Under the pieces are notes generated by a model, which saw only the letters and a program-made list of their open reading frames with translations, ran no database searches and was not told the origin of the DNA. 64,000 bases of DNA, taken from IMG/VR virus record IMGVR_UViG_3300032307_000797, one strand, 5' to 3'. The position numbers were made by a program, and so were the translations under genes. Below, in pieces: positions 57,773-64,000 of the stretch. The first letter of the stretch is position 1, and each line of letters starts with the position of its first letter. The stretch comes from a virus.

Positions 57773-58626
57773 TTCTTCATGTATTTTTTAATGTCCATTT
57801 TTAAAATTGCTTGGGTAACTTCATACGGTACTTTATATTCTTCAAATGTACCATCATCTTTTAATAATACAACAACACAACCTAATAATTTTAAATCACT
57901 AAATTTTGTACCTTGTAACATCTTCGTTAATAGTTTACCATATAATGGTAATTGTAAGTAATAGTGACCAAGTGCAGTGTCGTGATAATTCTCAAATGGG
58001 TGTAACATTCTACCAGTGTATGGTTGAATTTTAAAATTTTTTGGTTGATTTGTTTTCCAATCAGTAATCACAATTCCGAAACCATCTTGTAGTTTATTCA
58101 TCATCAACCAAATCTTATCAGGTTGCCCTGTGTAACCCAATTCAGGGTCACCTAACACCATTTCGGTGTCAAGTAAGATTGCGTTTCTTTCAACCATTAA
58201 ATCAAGAAATTTACTTCCCGCTTCAATCATCTTATCACTCTTAACAATCTGAGTATGGTCACATTCAAAGATGGGTTCCCTCACATCTTTATATGAACCA
58301 TAACGAGCAATTGTTTCTGTCTCCAACAAATAGTGAACTCTACTACCCATGTTGGTCGAGTATTCGCCTGACTTCTTCCATTGTTCAAGAAGTGCTTGTT
58401 GTTTCTCCACATTTCCTTTCGACATCTCCAATGCTTTACCTTCGGCATCAAATGGGGTGTAGAAATTTTTTATGACTTTTGAAACCGATGGAAAGTTATT
58501 TCTTAATTTTCCATCTGTGTCCCTCATATAATATATGTGGTCCTCCTCAATGAAGGTTAATTCAAGTTCCTGTCTCTTAACGTCAAGTACTTCTCTTATT
58601 TCTTCTGAAATTTTCGCTAAATCCAT
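57769..58626 (-). CDS. PD-(D/E)XK exonuclease
   Basis: GSRVH, GQPDK, ITDWKT, LQLPLY. Confidence 0.8.
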   Translation of the reverse strand: MDLAKISEEIREVLDVKRQELELTFIEEDHIYYMRDTDGKLRNNFPSVSKVIKNFYTPFDAEGKALEMSKGNVEKQQALLEQWKKSGEYSTNMGSRVHYLLETETIARYGSYKDVREPIFECDHTQIVKSDKMIEAGSKFLDLMVERNAILLDTEMVLGDPELGYTGQPDKIWLMMNKLQDGFGIVITDWKTNQPKNFKIQPYTGRMLHPFENYHDTALGHYYLQLPLYGKLLTKMLQGTKFSDLKLLGCVVVLLKDDGTFEEYKVPYEVTQAILKMDIKKYMKK

Positions 58627-58633
58627 TATATTT

Positions 58634-59575
58634 TTAATCAAGTTTAAATTCTGGGTAATCGTCTAATTTCCCCTGTAAATCCGCAATATCCTTATCTTTC
58701 GGTAATCTAACCACACTAATTTTACCCATTAACTTACCACAGTTAATTTTGTGATATAAACGCTCGGTATCATCCCACGCATCACCATCCAAAATTATTG
58801 TCACGTCCTTAGCAGTTTCATATATCTTTTTGAACAATAAATCACTGATATATTTTCCCAACATTGGAATTGAATTTGGTAAGAATATTGAATCAAATAC
58901 ACCCTCAACCAAGTATATTTTTTTGTCCCATTCTAATAGGTGTTCATTCCAAATTATTGTTTCTTTTTGTACATCGGGATTCTTATACTTCATCTTAGTT
59001 CTCGACAAATATGAACGAGCAATGAAGTAATTTACTTTACCATTTATGTCATATGACGGTATTATGATTCTGTTTGCGTATGGTCCGTCATAACAAAAAC
59101 CAATGTTGTACTTACGAATTAAATCCTCGCCGATGTTTCTACTTTTTAAGTAGTTCATTGCTTGTCTGTAATGGTGAGTAAGTTTTAATCCTGCACTTGC
59201 TTGTAGTATTGGAATGAACTCTTTTGGGAGTTTCACATCTTTCTTCGGTGCGGGTCCACCAAATTCTTGGTCATCGGGTCTTAATAGTTCATAACGTTTA
59301 AGATGTTTAGGTAATCCATACTTCTTTATTAGTTTGTATAGCGACCCGTGGGTTTCATGAGTTTCGGCACATGACCAACATTTATATACCCCTCTAATGT
59401 AGTTAACTTCTAGGTTTCCTTTTCCGTCACCGGTGTCTAAACCCTTAATGTCATATGAACAAACAGGACAGTCAAAAGATATCTGACCCTTATAATCATT
59501 ATGCATTCGGTAGTCACCGAGGATATCCTCAATTATCTCAACTATTGGTTCATATTCCACAGAAACTACTGACAT
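58634..59575 (-). CDS. dnaG: DNA primase (Zn finger + TOPRIM)
   Basis: CPVC...CWSC, YLKSRNI, RIIIP, KYKNP, LVEGVFD, LDGDA. Confidence 0.9.
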   Translation of the reverse strand: MSVVSVEYEPIVEIIEDILGDYRMHNDYKGQISFDCPVCSYDIKGLDTGDGKGNLEVNYIRGVYKCWSCAETHETHGSLYKLIKKYGLPKHLKRYELLRPDDQEFGGPAPKKDVKLPKEFIPILQASAGLKLTHHYRQAMNYLKSRNIGEDLIRKYNIGFCYDGPYANRIIIPSYDINGKVNYFIARSYLSRTKMKYKNPDVQKETIIWNEHLLEWDKKIYLVEGVFDSIFLPNSIPMLGKYISDLLFKKIYETAKDVTIILDGDAWDDTERLYHKINCGKLMGKISVVRLPKDKDIADLQGKLDDYPEFKLD

Positions 59576-59618
59576 ATGGATTAATATAAGAAATAAAAAT
59601 CAAAAAACCAAATGAGCA

Positions 59619-59690
59619 TAAAAAAGGACGGAGGTCACACCACAACCCCCGTCCGTACCAACCACGTATATTACTATACGTCCCGTACAT
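59619..59690 (-). ncRNA. Candidate structured RNA/attenuator ending in a terminator
   Basis: ACGTATA-GTAA-TATACGT hairpin followed by a GGACGG...CCGTCC hairpin and T6; GC-rich island in an AT-rich intergenic region. Confidence 0.45.
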
Positions 59691-59720
59691 TTATAATAAT
59701 AACTAAAAAAACTTTAAAAA

Positions 59721-60329
59721 TCAATCTTTTGTTACAGATTTGTTCATATTAACAAATCCAATAACCGCAGTTGCAGCATCACTCATATCATAATTCTCCT
59801 TTTTAAGAGCACCGGTCTTACCGTATAACCACTTTACTTCAGGACAAACCGCGTTAACGTGTTCCCAAATAACATGTTTTTTATCAATATCTTTTGGTAA
59901 TCCACCAAATAGAACATTTTTACCTTTATCATTTTTACCCACCAACGAAGGGAATGCAAATTTTCTAGCATTGTATGTGGAGATAAAGGTTGGTAGGACA
60001 CCTAACACATCGTAACACGCTCTAAGAATGAGTGTATTATATCTTAAAAGAGTTCCAACCGTGTAAATGTTATTTGATTGTAGCAACGGTTCTTCAATTA
60101 CCACTTTGGTAATTCCAATGTCTTTGTAACTCTCCAAGTGTTTTTTAAATCCATCCGCCTTTTTAATAAGTTCTTCAATCTTATCCTCAGGTTGTGGTTT
60201 AATCTTTGGAGAGAAATGGGTCAATTCTAATAATTTAGAAGATGAGATATCAAATAAAGCAAACCCTATGGTTTTTGTTGATATATCCAAGCCCAAAATC
60301 TTTGGGGCATTTTTTAATTTTATACTCAT
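59721..60329 (-). CDS. RuvC-like Holliday junction resolvase (RNase H fold)
   Basis: ILGLDISTKTIG, VIEEP, DMSDA. Confidence 0.75.
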   Translation of the reverse strand: MSIKLKNAPKILGLDISTKTIGFALFDISSSKLLELTHFSPKIKPQPEDKIEELIKKADGFKKHLESYKDIGITKVVIEEPLLQSNNIYTVGTLLRYNTLILRACYDVLGVLPTFISTYNARKFAFPSLVGKNDKGKNVLFGGLPKDIDKKHVIWEHVNAVCPEVKWLYGKTGALKKENYDMSDAATAVIGFVNMNKSVTKD

Positions 60330-60368
60330 ATAAAAATATATAAGGAATATTCTGGAAAATGTAAAGCT

Positions 60369-62516
60369 TTAGAAATCCAGATTTACAGAAAATACTTGTG
60401 TACCCGTTCTTTTAACAGGATTTGCGGTTTTTGCTACCACCAATACTTCTTTATTACTATTCAATAATGCAACCTCTGTAATTCTTTTGTCCATACCTGT
60501 TACATAGGTTGGATTCTGACTTACATTGAATTGTGAAGTGGGAAGGTTAACCAAGAAACTCATTCTTTCAATATCGGTAGCTCTTACTAATCTGATACTA
60601 CCGGGGAATGGTTGTTCATCACCGAATTGTGGTAATGAAGATGGTTCGTCAGGAACACTGCCCAAGAATGTTTCAATATCATATGGTGTTGCCCCTGTAT
60701 ACATCGGATTTGTAATAATAATTGAATTCGCAGTTAAATCTGATGGGTCAATCAATTGTCCGACTGTATGACCTGAAATGTATGGTGTGTAATCAATTAA
60801 TTTCCAACCATCATGTGTTGGTAATTCATTTGTATCGGTAATCTGAATTAATACTTGGAATTGGTTCGCAATGTGTCCTTCTACCGCACCTGTGCATAGA
60901 TTACTATTTTCCATGAATGGGAAACTACCATCTTCAAAATTGATATACAATTGTGATGGACGAACTAAACATGGGTCGTCTGCTGCAACTTCAACTTTTG
61001 AATAATAGTTACAAGGTAATCCGTTTAATGCAGTGTCACCGGTGTAATTAAACATGTATGTTACCCATACAGTTTGACCTGATGTTGTTCCTGTAAAGAA
61101 TGATTGTGATGCACTTACATCACTTGGAATCAATGCAACTTTAGGTGCCGGTAATGTATATTTTCTATTTGATTTATAATCAAGTATAGCAACCAACTCT
61201 TGGTCATCAAATACTACAGTTTTATTATTTACGAATACTTTACCAACTCTATAACCTTGTTCATCTAAAAGATATCTAAACTTTAAAAGTTGGTTTGCGT
61301 TTTTCAATGATTTCATGAAATAATCGGTGGTATCCATGGTAAACATTGCACCAATAGTTGTCCCTGTATTTCTATGATATTGTACAAATGGAATGTATAC
61401 CTCAAAATAATCTAAATCAGTAATTGAATTCTCATCAATGTCTTCTAACAAAGCTTCACCAATTACATTATTTGTACTGATGTAATCATCGTACTTGAAA
61501 AATCTTTCAGGGTCATTTTTTAAATCACCTAATTCAGAGTAGTGAATGATTGCGATAGTTCTTTGTTCTTCAGGGGTAACAATAATTTGTTCGTCAAATG
61601 AATTATAGTAAGATGTAACACCGGTGATTGTTCCACCCGTTGTGTTTACCCAAGTTTGTCCACTCGATGTTGTGTAACCCAAGAATTGTTTTGTTGATAC
61701 GTGTTTGTTTGATGTAAAACCGGTTAAGTTCTCATCAGATGATGGAACATCAAAACCAATTGGTTTTTTATCCCAAACAATATTCATTGCCCATGAATTA
61801 AGTTGTTGAGATGGGTCAATTTCTTCAGGTTTACAATTTGAATTTAATGGGGAAACAGGATATTCATTTTCACATGAATTACATATCACTTGAGCATTTC
61901 CACTACAACCTGAGAAATTTGGTAGATTTCTATCTACAGTAATGGTATTACCACTAACACTCATTACTTGATAAATTAAACTTGATGATTGTCCCGATAT
62001 AACAGGGTGAAGTGGGTCAGTACCATTGAATGTAGTAAACGCCACTGTGATAAATTCACAATCATTAAAACTAGCACCTGTTAGTACCACTAATGAAGTG
62101 GTTCCTGTGATTCCTGATAATGGAATCAACTGTGTTGTACATTCAATTGTTGTTCCTGTACATTCAACCGCATCGTATTCTTTGTAATCAGAAACAAAAC
62201 CCGCAGGTCCCATTACATTTCTAAGAGTTTCTGTTGTTGATACTTCTACAGGAATACCATATGTGGTTGAACCACTTGTTGAATCTAATTGATATGGGTA
62301 TTTTACTCCACCTTCTTTATCAAAAGGTGAAAAAACTGACTGATGAGGTACACCAGCCAAACCCGTTAATCCTGTAAATGGTGAAGTGTAATCAAATTCG
62401 GAATCTCCGATTTGGAAATAAGAGATAACAAAATTACCCTTAGCGATAGAATTTCTACCCTTTTGGGTTATTCTCGCCGATAAAAACTCCGAATTATTAT
62501 TACTTAGAAAACTCAT
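60369..62516 (-). CDS. Baseplate/tail structural protein
   Basis: ITQKGR...YFQIGDSE at the N-terminus and ITEVALLN...LVVAK..P at the C-terminus resemble a tail-collar/gpH N-terminal domain. Confidence 0.6.
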   Translation of the reverse strand: MSFLSNNNSEFLSARITQKGRNSIAKGNFVISYFQIGDSEFDYTSPFTGLTGLAGVPHQSVFSPFDKEGGVKYPYQLDSTSGSTTYGIPVEVSTTETLRNVMGPAGFVSDYKEYDAVECTGTTIECTTQLIPLSGITGTTSLVVLTGASFNDCEFITVAFTTFNGTDPLHPVISGQSSSLIYQVMSVSGNTITVDRNLPNFSGCSGNAQVICNSCENEYPVSPLNSNCKPEEIDPSQQLNSWAMNIVWDKKPIGFDVPSSDENLTGFTSNKHVSTKQFLGYTTSSGQTWVNTTGGTITGVTSYYNSFDEQIIVTPEEQRTIAIIHYSELGDLKNDPERFFKYDDYISTNNVIGEALLEDIDENSITDLDYFEVYIPFVQYHRNTGTTIGAMFTMDTTDYFMKSLKNANQLLKFRYLLDEQGYRVGKVFVNNKTVVFDDQELVAILDYKSNRKYTLPAPKVALIPSDVSASQSFFTGTTSGQTVWVTYMFNYTGDTALNGLPCNYYSKVEVAADDPCLVRPSQLYINFEDGSFPFMENSNLCTGAVEGHIANQFQVLIQITDTNELPTHDGWKLIDYTPYISGHTVGQLIDPSDLTANSIIITNPMYTGATPYDIETFLGSVPDEPSSLPQFGDEQPFPGSIRLVRATDIERMSFLVNLPTSQFNVSQNPTYVTGMDKRITEVALLNSNKEVLVVAKTANPVKRTGTQVFSVNLDF

Positions 62517-62543
62517 ATTATATAAATACCTTTATTTCATTTA

Positions 62544-63452
62544 TTAACAAGGACCACCTAAAGCACAAACGAATGTAACTGATGAACCTCCTGAATTATA
62601 TATATTTGGATTTACACCAGGTTGGTAAGTGAAATCTCCAGTGAACGGTTTTGTGAATGTAGGTCCCTCATAAATTGCCGTGGATTCATCTAATAAATCT
62701 GTAACATCACATGTGGTGTATACAGTTTGTATTGTACTTCCTTCACAAAAACAAATTCCTCCTTGACAGAAACCGGTAGTACAAACCGCAACAGTCCATT
62801 CTCTAAATGCACATGTTTCTGTTGGGGTCGGGGTGGTGGTTAATGTCGGGGTTGAAGTTGAAGTTATTGTTGGTGTGGGCGTTGCAGTTGCACTTGAACA
62901 ACCTGAAGAGATTACTGAAACACTTATATCACACGATGCCGTTGGGGTACTACATGAACATAAATCTAATACCTCACCATTTGGAAAAGCAGGGGTTCCA
63001 TATCCGAAATATGTTGCTTGTTCTGACATTGGTGTACCATCGCAATCGGTCCATACCAATGGTTCTCCACAATTATTATTAAATGTTATTCTATACGTAT
63101 CACACTCACAAGCGGAAGGTGCCGATGTGGTAGGTGTGTTAGTTGGTGTGCTTGTGAGTGTCGGGGTTGGTGTGTTTGTGGAAACAGGAACATAATTACA
63201 ACAATCATCCAAGTTTACTCTGAATATTTGTTCACAACATCCAATGCAAACCATTTTAACAAATATTTCCATTAATGTTGGGTCAATTCCCGTAATATTA
63301 ATTGTACCACCTGTCACTGACGTAAATGACGTTGTTCCGGCAATAGAATTCTCACTTGTTCCAGTAAAAACAGAACAATTGGTATAATCTGAACCTGAAT
63401 TTAAATTAATTAATACACCTTTTGGTGTTACTGTGTCGTTTACGCAACTCAT
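62544..63452 (-). CDS. Cys-rich protein with PT linkers, probably virion surface
   Basis: 23 Cys in 302 aa, two TPTPT linkers, TATTTAT upstream. Confidence 0.7.
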   Translation of the reverse strand: MSCVNDTVTPKGVLINLNSGSDYTNCSVFTGTSENSIAGTTSFTSVTGGTINITGIDPTLMEIFVKMVCIGCCEQIFRVNLDDCCNYVPVSTNTPTPTLTSTPTNTPTTSAPSACECDTYRITFNNNCGEPLVWTDCDGTPMSEQATYFGYGTPAFPNGEVLDLCSCSTPTASCDISVSVISSGCSSATATPTPTITSTSTPTLTTTPTPTETCAFREWTVAVCTTGFCQGGICFCEGSTIQTVYTTCDVTDLLDESTAIYEGPTFTKPFTGDFTYQPGVNPNIYNSGGSSVTFVCALGGPC

Positions 63453-63502
63453 TGTTTACATAATATATCCAATAAATATTATATTGTAAATTTTATATTC
63501 AA

Positions 63503-64000
63503 TTAACTACACTCCCCATTAGAAGTACATGGTACTAAACCTAACACAACAGAAGAACTACTAGGTACGGTCTGAAGTCCACTAATTAATACGTAATATG
63601 AAGATATTGATTGTGCACAAGGCCCTAAAACTGTTCCATACATACCTAATGTGTAAATTTGAGATTGACCCGAACAATCTATGTATTGGATATATAGATT
63701 TCCATCATCAGAGTTACCATAATCGGCCTCAGTGTAATCTATGTTCATACAATAACATTCCGTTGGTGGAGGTCCTTGTGGACATTGGCAATCAACACAT
63801 GGGTCAGAACCAGCTTGAGTAATTGAACACAAATCACTAATTATCGTATGTGTACAGAATGAATAAACACTACCTCCAATTACATTGTATATAGTTGGGT
63901 TATTAGTTGCACAATCAATATATTCAATTTCACAATCTTCTTGTCCCTCACTATTATCGGCTGTGTAACAATAAATCGTTGGTGCCAATGTTGCCGTTAG
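63503..64000 (-). CDS. Cys-rich repeat protein, partial (start beyond window)
   Basis: Frame is open to 64000 (LTATLAPTIYC...); two YIDC modules, 14 Cys. Confidence 0.75.
   Translation of the reverse strand, partial: LTATLAPTIYCYTADNSEGQEDCEIEYIDCATNNPTIYNVIGGSVYSFCTHTIISDLCSITQAGSDPCVDCQCPQGPPPTECYCMNIDYTEADYGNSDDGNLYIQYIDCSGQSQIYTLGMYGTVLGPCAQSISSYYVLISGLQTVPSSSSVVLGLVPCTSNGECS

Noticed and set aside
59550-59690. Small ORF from ATG 59690
   Set aside because: It runs through a terminator hairpin and the primase promoter motif. RNA structure explains the sequence better, though a leader peptide is not excluded.
7371-63822. Most other plus-strand ORFs and small nested minus-strand ORFs
   Set aside because: They lie within well-supported minus-strand genes. 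Only 6586-7038, 42599-42751 and 42748-43386 are accepted on the plus strand.
1-64000. Bacterial capsule locus or eukaryotic giant virus origin; tRNA/rRNA genes
   Set aside because: Fibres, gp46/47-like nuclease, primase, resolvase and sigma factor in coupled operons indicate a phage. No flippase or export genes are present, and no tRNA or rRNA pattern was seen in the short intergenic gaps.

Overview
This is a 64 kb AT-rich, gene-dense segment, almost entirely coded on the minus strand, of a large tailed dsDNA bacteriophage. The host is probably a Bacteroidetes (inference: A-rich leaders without Shine-Dalgarno, a short RpoD-type sigma factor, an Hc1-like nucleoid protein, DUF2061 and a Gln+1 signal peptide). 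Left to right it contains: (1) a >2,160-aa modular tail-fibre gene that runs off the window and is missing from the ORF track; (2) a small operon built around a circularly permuted ATP-grasp-Hint-Cys-rich-peptide fusion, with a sulfotransferase, a GNAT and a 6-Cys protein, next to a putative PAPS-synthesis module; (3) a ~13 kb glycan building/decorating island (carbamoyltransferase, UDP-sugar dehydrogenase, four SGNH-like proteins, radical SAM, two GT7-LamG hybrids, other GTs, a methyltransferase); (4) nine LamG lectin paralogues and further fibres with fibrinogen-like and C1q tips; (5) redox, AAA and Dam genes, putative internal head proteins, a lysis-like cluster with a candidate -1 frameshift, sigma factor, ClpP, a domain-rearranged SbcCD, exonuclease, primase and resolvase; (6) Cys-rich structural genes. 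The best candidate for an undescribed system is the ATP-grasp-Hint-peptide operon, a possible phage RiPP-like or self-processing peptide system. All family calls come from motif recognition by eye; no database search was run.
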